Assembly (NCBI GenBank): GCA_040081625.1 | Contig: JBEBGD010000144.1 | Span: forward strand, 1 to 11,365 | Direction of reading: 5' to 3' | DNA: 11,365 nt | Origin: Chthoniobacteraceae bacterium | GTDB taxonomy: Bacteria; Verrucomicrobiota; Verrucomicrobiia; Chthoniobacterales; Chthoniobacteraceae | Shown: positions 4,801-11,365 of the stretch, piece after piece | Layout of the letters: the number at the start of each line of letters is the position of its first letter | How positions within the stretch are numbered: position 1 is the first letter of the stretch | Notes under the pieces: generated by a model | Databases searched by the model: none | The model's input: only the letters and a program-made list of their open reading frames with translations | What the model was told of the DNA's origin: nothing | Translations under genes and position numbers: made by a program

Positions 4801-7031
4801 GCGGGCCGGCGGGTGGCACGTTTGCGATCAGCCCGCCTTCGCCAGTCTTCGCCGGGACGACGTTCACCGGAACTTTCTCAGGCTGGAGCGATGCGCAACC
4901 GCCGCTGACATACGGCGTGTATGCGGGGAGCGGACCGGAGGTGACGATCGTGGTGCCGGGGAGCAATGCGGCGCCGACGTTCACGCTGCCGGTGGGAACG
5001 CACACCGTGCGCGGCCGGATCTTCGACAGCCTCGGCAATGCGACGGTAACCGGAGACGCGACGGTGGTGGTGAATGGCGTGGTCAACGGCGACTTCAACG
5101 CGGGAAACACCGGGTTCACCTCCGGCTTCACCTACGTCGCTGGCACGAGCACGCTTCCGGGCCGCTATTCGATCAAGACGAACCCGCAGCAGTTCAATCC
5201 GGCGCTGGCTTCCTTTGGCGATCACACGACGGGCAGTGGATCGATGATCGTCGCCGATGGCGCCGTCGGGACGATCTGGGAGAGCATCATCGGTGTGACG
5301 AAGGGCACGTGGTATCGGTTCTCGGCGTGGGCCGCCTCGACCTCCGCAGGCAATCCGTCCAAGCTGGAACTCTCGGTCGGCACGACGCCGCTGGGGCCGG
5401 CAAAGACGTTGCCGGCGGCGACAGGGCAATGGGTGGAGATCGTCGGGTATTGGTATGCGGGAGTGGATACCTCGATCGCCATGCGCATCCGCAGCACGAA
5501 TGCGAATACCTCCGACCGGAACGATTTCGCGCTGGATGACATCGACGTGCGGCCGATCACCGTGCCGACCGATCCCGGGCTGTTGGACACGACGGTGCCG
5601 ACGGTAGCCATCACCGCGCCGACTGCTGGCACGGTGACGGGGGACTTCGCGATCACGGGGACGGTGAAGGAGAACTTCTTGCTCGCATCGCTGACGGTGA
5701 GCCTCAACGGCGAGGTGCTGCCGCTCAGCGCGCCCCTGAACTTCGCGCCGAACGCGACGGTGCCGTGGAGCGTGACGGGCGTGGCGCCGGAGAATGGGCC
5801 GAACGTCATCTTCGTGGAAGCCATCGATACCAGCGGCAACCGCAAGTCGGCGACGAAGACGGTGAATTACGTGAACAACCGGCCTGGACTCGCCGGGAGT
5901 TTTAGCGCGCTGCTCCAGCCCACGGGCACGCCGACTCACGACACGGTCGGGCTGGTGGCGGCGACGGTGACGGCGACGGGCACTTTCACGGGCAAGGTGA
6001 CGATCGGCGGCGTGGCGATTCCGTTCAGCGGCGTGCTGAGCAACGCGGGCGAGGCGCGCTTCAAGCCGGCGCTCGGGACGAGCTTCGACCTGATCGACAA
6101 GACCGAGTTTGATAGCTATCTCGGCGCGCTCACGCTGACCGTGAGCAATCCCGAGGGGATGGGCGTGGGGCTCTTCACGGCGGCGGGCGGTAGTCTGCTG
6201 GCGGAGGGGCTCGCCGAAACGCCGGCCTACAGTGCCGCCAATCCCGTCCCGCAGGGTTTGCTCAACCTGCCGGCGACGGGCACACGCACGAAAGGCGTCT
6301 ATACGCTGGCATTTCCCTCGAAGGCGCAGAGCCCGGCGATGGCGCACGCGCTGTATCCGCAGGGCGATGGCTTCGCGACGCTGACGCTGAGCAACACCGG
6401 CAATGTTTCGCTGTCGGGCTACCTGCCGGACGGAGCCAGATATACCGCCGCCGGAAAGCTCGACGGCGGACATTTCGTGCAGCTCTACACGCAGCTCTAT
6501 CGCAAGGAGGGATCGATGAGCGGTGTCCTAAGATTCAGCGCGCTGACGAACGCCGACGTGGATGGCACCGGCTGGATCTGGCTGCGGCCCGTGCGCAACC
6601 GCGCGCGGTATTATCCGGCGGGCTGGCCGAATTCGGTGCGGATCGATCCGGTCGGCGCGAAGTATAGCAACCCCGCATCGCTCGACTTCGGCCAGGGCGC
6701 GGCAGACATCGTCAACGGCAACGCGTCGCTGGTCTTCAGCGACGGCCTACTCAGCCTCCCGGTGACGAAGGCGGTGAGCGTGAACCCGGGGCCGGTGTCG
6801 GCGGGACAGGTAAAGCTCATCCCAGCGACGGGCGCGCTCTACAAGCTGAGTCTCGCGGCGGGCACGGGCGCTTTCAGCGGCACCTTCACGCACGACGGCG
6901 TGACGGAGAGCTACCGCGGCATCCTGCTCAACAAAGGCGCGAACAAAGGCGGCTTCGGTTACTTCCTGAGCACCCCTCCGCTGATCTACGGCACGGGCGG
7001 GCAAAGCGGCGGCGTGTCGATCGAGCCGTAG
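1878..7031 (+). CDS. Large exported/surface multidomain protein with beta-propeller repeats, Ig-like domains, a CBM-like domain and C-terminal beta-rich modules
   Basis: 1717-aa ORF with a hydrophobic signal-like segment (MRLPCTALLAALGICGSAAKC; the true start may be ATG1908 or ATG1947). It has eight WEKRYNG...AVD..GNVVVTG.S...DYYTAKY repeats, Ig-like motifs (DTVAPET...HTLSVRARDAAGN; DTTVPTVAITAP...GPNVIFVEAIDTSGN) and a NGDF...FALDDI jelly-roll-like domain at about 5082-5549. Confidence 0.93.
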   Translation: MNLITRLQTSMANAPLAAILPQAMRLPCTALLAALGICGSAAKCEQLALVRAPWTIAGNGQTQTGTHAHVNGEAHFDVPNWDTDEVQRGMVKFDLGANPAVAGTAMLAFNLAEVSRDAGFVDSQFLIVAYAANANTTNDVADYHAPALMTVATVSTSATVAGTQSIEVKDALNYARANGIRYVGFRFQAVTGLYATTKVSKRATAFSLNAYPVGEDWVQRYNGPANLNDYASATAVDAAGDVIVTGQSTNAGGNADYYTAKYAAEDGALLWEKRYNGTANGSDQALALALDGAGNVIVTGLSLNAAGNVDIYTAKYAAGDGTLLWEKRYNGPANGSDVGYDLAVDSAGNVVVTGFSHGNISGNDDYYTAKYAAADGTLVWEKRYNGPVGGVDYGYSVAVDAAGDVVVTGRSFGTDLDYYTAKYLAADGTLVWEKRYNGPGNGGDEPFDVAVDAAGNVVVTGVSNNVGANPDYYSAKYAAANGALVWEVRYNGPANGYDAAHSLAVDASGNVAVTGLSVGIGSSNDFYTAKYAAANGALIWEKRGPTNASDQATDLRMDAEGNVAVTGQSSNGSNHDYYTAKYAAADGALLWEQRYNGPANADDVMVAVTPEGGKLALTPDGGAVVTGASSNGTNYDYATVKYGPADSITLAPTLIAPAANTRYTNPVPVSFTLPEAALPGSLKLTFDNSIRQRIYTLDDALGTAGAHSFTFNASDPIAAAEIISGVAVPDGSAASIPDGGSYTVTLAYQDALGNPAASAVSTFVGIDTVTETPALWTLKVDEIEGHPSYVARQMSLSYTLYENTPGAGSLKLLFDNGSSVIEWTMSTARSTAQTYHTPFVLDPKDPTATGDVVSGAPVPDGTYTVRLSFQDALGNAAALSNAKTMVEDTVAPETSISTAPPLVSSSATAMFTFGSNESPVNWEATLDGGTPAFVGGSASYSSLPDGPHTLSVRARDAAGNFDPSPATHAWTVDASGPAGGTFAISPPSPVFAGTTFTGTFSGWSDAQPPLTYGVYAGSGPEVTIVVPGSNAAPTFTLPVGTHTVRGRIFDSLGNATVTGDATVVVNGVVNGDFNAGNTGFTSGFTYVAGTSTLPGRYSIKTNPQQFNPALASFGDHTTGSGSMIVADGAVGTIWESIIGVTKGTWYRFSAWAASTSAGNPSKLELSVGTTPLGPAKTLPAATGQWVEIVGYWYAGVDTSIAMRIRSTNANTSDRNDFALDDIDVRPITVPTDPGLLDTTVPTVAITAPTAGTVTGDFAITGTVKENFLLASLTVSLNGEVLPLSAPLNFAPNATVPWSVTGVAPENGPNVIFVEAIDTSGNRKSATKTVNYVNNRPGLAGSFSALLQPTGTPTHDTVGLVAATVTATGTFTGKVTIGGVAIPFSGVLSNAGEARFKPALGTSFDLIDKTEFDSYLGALTLTVSNPEGMGVGLFTAAGGSLLAEGLAETPAYSAANPVPQGLLNLPATGTRTKGVYTLAFPSKAQSPAMAHALYPQGDGFATLTLSNTGNVSLSGYLPDGARYTAAGKLDGGHFVQLYTQLYRKEGSMSGVLRFSALTNADVDGTGWIWLRPVRNRARYYPAGWPNSVRIDPVGAKYSNPASLDFGQGAADIVNGNASLVFSDGLLSLPVTKAVSVNPGPVSAGQVKLIPATGALYKLSLAAGTGAFSGTFTHDGVTESYRGILLNKGANKGGFGYFLSTPPLIYGTGGQSGGVSIEP
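2526..3803 (+). repeat. Eight intragenic repeats of about 51-55 aa (beta-propeller blades, SBBP-like)
   Basis: Eight successive units, each starting W(E/V)xR(YN)G and ending (Y/A)(T/S)(A/V)KY, are visible in the translation. Confidence 0.9.
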
Positions 7032-7033
7032 CT

Positions 7034-7076
7034 CAGCGTGGACGCTGTGAGCCCATCAGTCGGCTTAAGTGCCGAC
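7034..7076. terminator. Two small hairpins between convergent genes; possible termination structure
   Basis: CAGCG-TGGA-CGCTG (7034-7047) and GTCGGC-TTAAGT-GCCGAC (7059-7076) fill the 46-nt gap between two stop codons. There is no U-tract on either strand. Confidence 0.3.
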
Positions 7077-7077
7077 G

Positions 7078-7593
7078 CTACACGTAATCTGCCATCTCGT
7101 AGAGCGTCGGGTCGCGCGTGATGCGCGGTTTGCGGGCGCGGAGTTTCGCGATGGCTTCCCTCGCCTCGGGCGCGTCGTCCATGCCGTCGAGTGCGTCGCC
7201 GAACTCGGCGTCGAGCTTCTCGGGATCCTCGCCCTTTTCGAGCCGCGCGATCATCTCCTGCATCTGCGGCGGCACCTTCTCGCCGGCGAGGTCGGTCATC
7301 TTTCGCATCATGCGGGCGAGCATCCGCGGGTCGGGATTATCCGTGTCGCCCATGCCGGAAAACTCGCGCTCCATCTCGGCCATCGCCTGCTCCATGCGCG
7401 GGTCGTCCGGCGCGTCTGGCGCGTCGGACTTTTCCTTCGCGCGGCCGGTCACCGCGAAGTTGCTCACCATCTTCTCGAGCTTCCACTTCGCATTCTCCGG
7501 GCAGCGCGGGGTCTTGCCGGCGTAGCTCAGGCTGCGGGCGAAGAAGCTGTAGATGCGCTGGTTGCGCGGGCAGAAGAATTCGTAGATCGGCAT
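7078..7593 (-). CDS. FmdB-family (zinc-ribbon-like) putative regulatory protein, 171 aa
   Basis: The N-terminus MPIYEFFCP...PRCP...LEKMVSNFA matches the FmdB/CxxC_CxxC_SSSS pattern. It is followed by a Met/Asp/Glu-rich helical tail (DPRMLARMMRKM). Confidence 0.8.
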   Translation of the reverse strand: MPIYEFFCPRNQRIYSFFARSLSYAGKTPRCPENAKWKLEKMVSNFAVTGRAKEKSDAPDAPDDPRMEQAMAEMEREFSGMGDTDNPDPRMLARMMRKMTDLAGEKVPPQMQEMIARLEKGEDPEKLDAEFGDALDGMDDAPEAREAIAKLRARKPRITRDPTLYEMADYV

Positions 7594-7603
7594 GGCTGCG
7601 GCG

Positions 7604-8470
7604 TCAGCTCACGAACTCCAACTCGACCGGCGCCGGGATGAATCCACCCGCATGCGCCCGCGCGAGAAACTCGCGGATCGCCGCGCGCCCGCGCTCGCCG
7701 TAGTCGAGCGTCAGTTCGTTCACATACATGCCGATGAATTTGTCCGCCTCCGCCGCATCGAGCCCGCGGCCGAGCGGCAGCGCGTGCGCGACGCCCTCGG
7801 CGCGATGTTCGAGCCCGTAGCGGATGCTCTCGCGCAGGATCACGTTCACTTCGCTGCGCTCGGCGGGCGTGAGGTCTTTGCGGATCACGTTGCCGCCGAG
7901 CGGAAGCGGCAGGCCGGTTTCGCGCAACCACCATTCGCCGAGATCGACGACTTTCGTGAAGCCCTCGCGCTCGTAGGTGAGCTGGCCTTCGTGGATGATG
8001 AGGCCCATGTCGGCGCGGCCCCCGGCGACGCACGCGAAGATCTCGTCGAACGGCACCACGACGAAGTCCCGCGGCTTCGCGCCGAGGTAGAGGCAGAGCG
8101 CGAGGTAGGCGCTCGTCATCGTGCCGGGCACCGCGATGCGCGAGCGGCGCACCCAGTCGCGCTCACCGCCGGGCGTCGAGAGCGTGGTGTCGAAGGAAGT
8201 GACGAGCATCGGGCCGTAGCCGTCGCCAATCGATGCGCCGCACGGGAGCAGCGCGTATTTGTCGAGCACGTGCGCGTAGGCGTGGATGCTGATCGCGCTG
8301 ATGTGCAGTTCGCCGCGCGTGGCGCGTTCGTTGAGCGTCTGGATGTCCTGGAGGATGTGCTCGAAGCGCCAGTCGCCCGTCGGGATTTTTCCCGCGGCGA
8401 GCGCGTAGAACATGAAGGCGTCGTCGGGGTCGGGACTGTGGCCGAGAGTGAGCGTGCGTGGTTCGGGCAT
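7604..8470 (-). CDS. mqnD: 1,4-dihydroxy-6-naphthoate synthase (futalosine menaquinone pathway; MqnA/MqnD family)
   Basis: Motifs LGHSPDPDDAFMFYAL, DIQTLN, GASIGDGYGP, IAVPGTMTSA, GLIIHEGQLTY, DLGEWW...GLPLPLGGN and FIGMYVN are characteristic of MqnD. Length 288 aa. Confidence 0.9.
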   Translation of the reverse strand: MPEPRTLTLGHSPDPDDAFMFYALAAGKIPTGDWRFEHILQDIQTLNERATRGELHISAISIHAYAHVLDKYALLPCGASIGDGYGPMLVTSFDTTLSTPGGERDWVRRSRIAVPGTMTSAYLALCLYLGAKPRDFVVVPFDEIFACVAGGRADMGLIIHEGQLTYEREGFTKVVDLGEWWLRETGLPLPLGGNVIRKDLTPAERSEVNVILRESIRYGLEHRAEGVAHALPLGRGLDAAEADKFIGMYVNELTLDYGERGRAAIREFLARAHAGGFIPAPVELEFVS

Positions 8471-8473
8471 GTG

Positions 8474-9355
8474 CTATGGCTTCGGCGATAGACCGCGCGC
8501 TTTCAACCAAAGCTCGAGCCGGCCTGACCAATCGCCGGGCGCCTGCGTCTCGTTCGGCCTCATGCCGAAGCCGTGACCGCCCGTGGAGTAGATGTGCAGT
8601 TCGGCGGGCACGCCGGCCTTTCGCAGCGCGAGAAAGGCGAGCGTGCTGCCCTCGGCGAGCGAGCCTTTGTCGTCGTAGGCCTGCGCGATGAAGGTCGGCG
8701 GCGTCGTGGCGTCGATCTTGATCTCGGGCTTGAGCGCGGTCGTGGAATTGTCAGCGAGGATCTTCCACGCGTAGCAGAGCATGAGAAAATCGGGGCGCGC
8801 GCTAACCGCGTCGATCGCATCGGCTGCTGGGTAAAGGCGCGCATTGGTCGTGGCGATGAGCGCGACCTGGCCGCCGGCGGAAAAGCCGAACAGGCCGACT
8901 CGATCGGGCTGCACGCCGAGATCCGCCGCCTTCGCGCGCAGCAGGCTGATCGCGCGCTGCGTGTCCTGCGCGGGAAAATCCCACGGCTTCGGCAGCGCAT
9001 TGGTCGGGCAGCGATGCTGGAGCACGCCGGCGACGAAGCCGCGATCACGCAGCCACGTGCACAGCTCGGAGCCTTCGTGCTCGGACGCGAGGATGCCAAA
9101 GCCGCCACCGGGCACGACGATCACCGCGGCGCCGTTTGGATTCTTCGGCAGGTAGAGATCGAGGCGCGGTTCGCTCACGTTAGTGAGGCGCGAGATCGGC
9201 GTCTTGTCCGTGGGCTTCGGTGGCGTGAGCGTCTCCGGCCCGGGCGCGGCGAACTCGCCCGGCGGCTTGCCCTCCCAGAGCTTGAGCACGCGGTCGGGTT
9301 TGGCGGGCTCGGCGAAGGCGAGGACGGGGAGGAGCAGGAGGATGCGGGCGAACAT
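8474..9355 (-). CDS. Exported alpha/beta hydrolase (BD-FAE/acetyl-esterase-like), 293 aa
   Basis: Signal peptide MFARILLLLPVLAFA from the ATG at 9355. Oxyanion-hole motif VPGGGF, nucleophile elbow GFSAGG, candidate acid in AYDD and catalytic His in GGHGFG. Confidence 0.9.
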   Translation of the reverse strand: MFARILLLLPVLAFAEPAKPDRVLKLWEGKPPGEFAAPGPETLTPPKPTDKTPISRLTNVSEPRLDLYLPKNPNGAAVIVVPGGGFGILASEHEGSELCTWLRDRGFVAGVLQHRCPTNALPKPWDFPAQDTQRAISLLRAKAADLGVQPDRVGLFGFSAGGQVALIATTNARLYPAADAIDAVSARPDFLMLCYAWKILADNSTTALKPEIKIDATTPPTFIAQAYDDKGSLAEGSTLAFLALRKAGVPAELHIYSTGGHGFGMRPNETQAPGDWSGRLELWLKARGLSPKP

Positions 9356-9458
9356 GCGCGCAAGAGCGACACAAACCCCGCCCCATGACAAGCCGCGTGC
9401 GTCATTGTGCAAACAAGGGGCGGCGCGGAATCGCGAGGCGTGCCACTTTCCGGCCCGC

Positions 9459-10739
9459 ATGTTTCGTCCGCTCTCGATCCTCCTGCTCCTTTCGGTCGCT
9501 GCCGCGCTCGCGCAGTCGAACGACTACGACCAGGCGCCGATCCGCTACTCGGACTCGACGCCGAACGATCCCGTCTCGCGGCTGCAGGCGCGGCTCAACG
9601 CGCGAAAACTGACGATCACCGGCACCGAGAAGCAGGCGCTCGCGCAAGTCCTCGCCGCGCTTGGCATCTCGCCGAAGTCGCAGGTCATCGTCTTCTCGAA
9701 GACGAGCGTCCAGCGCGTGCGCATCTCGCCGCAGAATCCGCGAGCACTCTATTTCAACGACGACTGCTACGTCGGCTGGGTGCCCGGCGGGCTCATCGAA
9801 GTCGCCGCCATCGATCCGCTGCTCGGGCCGAACTTCTACAGCATCGATCCGCTCGAGCGCGGGAGCGAGCCGCAGCGATTCCGGCGCGATCCGAACTGCC
9901 TCTCCTGCCACGCCGCGAATTTCACCCGCGACATCCCCGGCGTATTCGTGCGCTCGGTCTTCGCCGAGGCCACCGGCTCGCCGATCTTCAGCGCGGGTTC
10001 CGAGGTCGTGGACTACACCACGCCGATCGCGCAGCGGTGGGGAGGCTGGTATGTCACCGGCCGGCACGGCTCGGCGCGGCACCGCGGCAATGCCTTCGCG
10101 CGCGAGGACGCGAGAGACGTGCTGCTCGACTCCGAGCGCGGCGCGAACATCGAGAGCCTCGCGGAGTTCTTCGACCCGAAGCTGCACCTCGAACCGACGA
10201 GCGACATCGGCGCGCTGATGGTGCTCGAGCACCAGGTCGCGTTTCACCAGGCGCTCACGCGCGCCCAGCACGAGGGCCGGCGGATGCTGCATTACCAGCA
10301 CGGCCTGCAGGAGTCGTTCAAGGAACCGATCACCGACGAGCCCCACTACGACAGCGTGAAGAGCGTCTTCGCCAACAACGCGCAGGCCGTGCTCGACGCG
10401 CTGCTTTTCAAGGATGAGGCCGCGCTGCCCGACGGCGGACTCCGGGGCTCGGCGGATTTCGTGAAGGCCTACGAAGCCGCCGGCCCGCGCACAAAGGACA
10501 GTCGCAGCCTGCGCGAGCTCGATTTCAAGACCCGCATCGCGCGCTACCGCTGCAGCCCGCTCATTTACACGGAGCAATTCGCGAAGCTCCCCAAGCCGCT
10601 GCTCAAGCGCGTGCTCGACCGCCTGCACCGCATCCTCACCGACCCGCAACCGGAGCCGCGCTACGCCTACCTCGGCGCCGACGAGCGCAAGACGATCGCC
10701 GCCATCCTCGCGGAGACGCTGCCCGGCTTCGCGCCGTAG
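9459..10739 (+). CDS. Exported uncharacterised protein with a single CxxCH (putative c-type heme) motif, 426 aa
   Basis: The ATG at 9459 gives the signal peptide MFRPLSILLLLSVAAALA|Q. CLSCH lies at 9897-9911. The ORF-track start at 9183 overlaps the divergent hydrolase gene and is unlikely. Confidence 0.85.
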   Translation: MFRPLSILLLLSVAAALAQSNDYDQAPIRYSDSTPNDPVSRLQARLNARKLTITGTEKQALAQVLAALGISPKSQVIVFSKTSVQRVRISPQNPRALYFNDDCYVGWVPGGLIEVAAIDPLLGPNFYSIDPLERGSEPQRFRRDPNCLSCHAANFTRDIPGVFVRSVFAEATGSPIFSAGSEVVDYTTPIAQRWGGWYVTGRHGSARHRGNAFAREDARDVLLDSERGANIESLAEFFDPKLHLEPTSDIGALMVLEHQVAFHQALTRAQHEGRRMLHYQHGLQESFKEPITDEPHYDSVKSVFANNAQAVLDALLFKDEAALPDGGLRGSADFVKAYEAAGPRTKDSRSLRELDFKTRIARYRCSPLIYTEQFAKLPKPLLKRVLDRLHRILTDPQPEPRYAYLGADERKTIAAILAETLPGFAP

Positions 10740-10759
10740 CGCATCGTTGTTCCCAAGCA

Positions 10760-10789
10760 TTGACGCGCTCGCGAGTTTCTTCCGATGCT
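10760..10789 (+). promoter_or_regulatory. Possible sigma70-type promoter for the LRR gene
   Basis: TTGACG (10760-10765), an 18-nt spacer and GATGCT (10784-10789) lie 15 nt upstream of ATG10805. The -10 match is weak. Confidence 0.2.
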
Positions 10790-10804
10790 CGCACCTACCT
10801 CGCC

Positions 10805-11365
10805 ATGATCCCTCACACATTCCGTCTCGCCCTCATCGTCGCCCTGCTGCACCCCGCATTCGCCGCGGAAGAAAAAGCCGATCCCGGCGCGAAGCCATCG
10901 GCGGAGGAGGAGAAAGCATACGCCGAATTGGTCAAGCGCGGCGCGTCCGCGCAGCCGCTCGCGGCGAACCTCAACTGGCGCTACGTGAATTTCCGCGGCG
11001 TCGAGAAACCGGATGCCGCCCTCTTTGCGCTGCTCAAGCCATGCATACTCATCGTCGATCTCGATCTCTCGGGAGTGAAGTTGAGCGACGCTGACCTCGC
11101 GAACGTCGCCGGCTTGAAGAATCTCGCAAAGCTCAGCCTCGCGCGCTCGGCCGTAACCGATGCGGGCCTCGCGCATCTGAAGGGCCTCGAGAAACTCGAG
11201 TCGCTGAATCTTTTCCATACCGACGTGACCGACGCCGGCCTCGCCCACTTGCGCGAGCTGAAGAAGCTCAAGCGGCTTTACGTGTTCGAAACCAAGGTGA
11301 CCGACGCCGGTGCCAAGTCGATGCAGGCCGCGCTGCCCGGTGTGAAGATCGACCAGGGCTGGAAG
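10805..11365 (+). CDS. Exported leucine-rich-repeat protein, 3' truncated by the window (absent from the ORF track)
   Basis: Hand translation gives MIPHTFRLALIVALLHPAFA|AEEK... and then 24-aa LRRs: LKNLAKLSLARSAVTDAGLAHLKG, LEKLESLNLFHTDVTDAGLAHLRE, LKKLKRLYVFETKVTDAGAKSM. The frame is open for 187 codons to the window end. Confidence 0.92.
   Translation, partial: MIPHTFRLALIVALLHPAFAAEEKADPGAKPSAEEEKAYAELVKRGASAQPLAANLNWRYVNFRGVEKPDAALFALLKPCILIVDLDLSGVKLSDADLANVAGLKNLAKLSLARSAVTDAGLAHLKGLEKLESLNLFHTDVTDAGLAHLRELKKLKRLYVFETKVTDAGAKSMQAALPGVKIDQGWK

Noticed and set aside
1398..6473. Long minus-strand ORFs 1398..2309, 2346..4385 and 4878..6473
   Set aside because: They are antisense shadows of high-GC genes, Arg/Gly/His-rich with no motifs, and the plus-strand products are clearly real.
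7069..9388. Plus-strand ORFs opposite the FmdB-like, mqnD and hydrolase genes
   Set aside because: Antisense shadows of well-supported minus-strand genes.
9385..9405. ATGAC-N11-GTCAT inverted repeat in the divergent intergenic region as an operator
   Set aside because: 5-bp arms can easily arise by chance, and there is no regulator gene or second copy to support it.
9183..9460. Extended starts for the CxxCH gene (9183) and the hydrolase (9460), implying a head-to-head overlap
   Set aside because: Downstream ATGs (9459 and 9355) each give clean signal peptides and leave a 103-nt divergent intergenic region.
9402..11271. ORFs 9402..10820, 9407..10417, 10667..11248, 10747..11094 and 10981..11271
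   Set aside because: Alternative-frame or antisense shadows of the CxxCH and LRR genes.

Overview
High-GC bacterial window; the protein families and REP style suggest Verrucomicrobia/PVC (inference). The left 1.9 kb looks accessory and is the most interesting part. It holds a GTAG-type REP-like element (1-104) and an array of 10 degenerate 21-bp units built from two alternating palindromes (223-446). These are followed by an uncharacterised helical + beta-sandwich gene split by a 1-nt frameshift in an A-run (531-1318), a GATC-rich heptamer hairpin (1333-1391) and a small collagen-like gene (1404-1865). Twelve nt later comes a 1717-aa exported multidomain protein (8-repeat beta-propeller, Ig-like domains, CBM-like domain, C-terminal beta-rich modules). 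The right part looks like ordinary chromosome: a minus-strand operon (alpha/beta hydrolase, mqnD, FmdB-like protein), a divergent exported CxxCH protein and an exported LRR protein that runs off the window. The best candidate for an undescribed system is the array + orphan gene + collagen-fibre module. All calls come from reading the sequence; no database searches were run.
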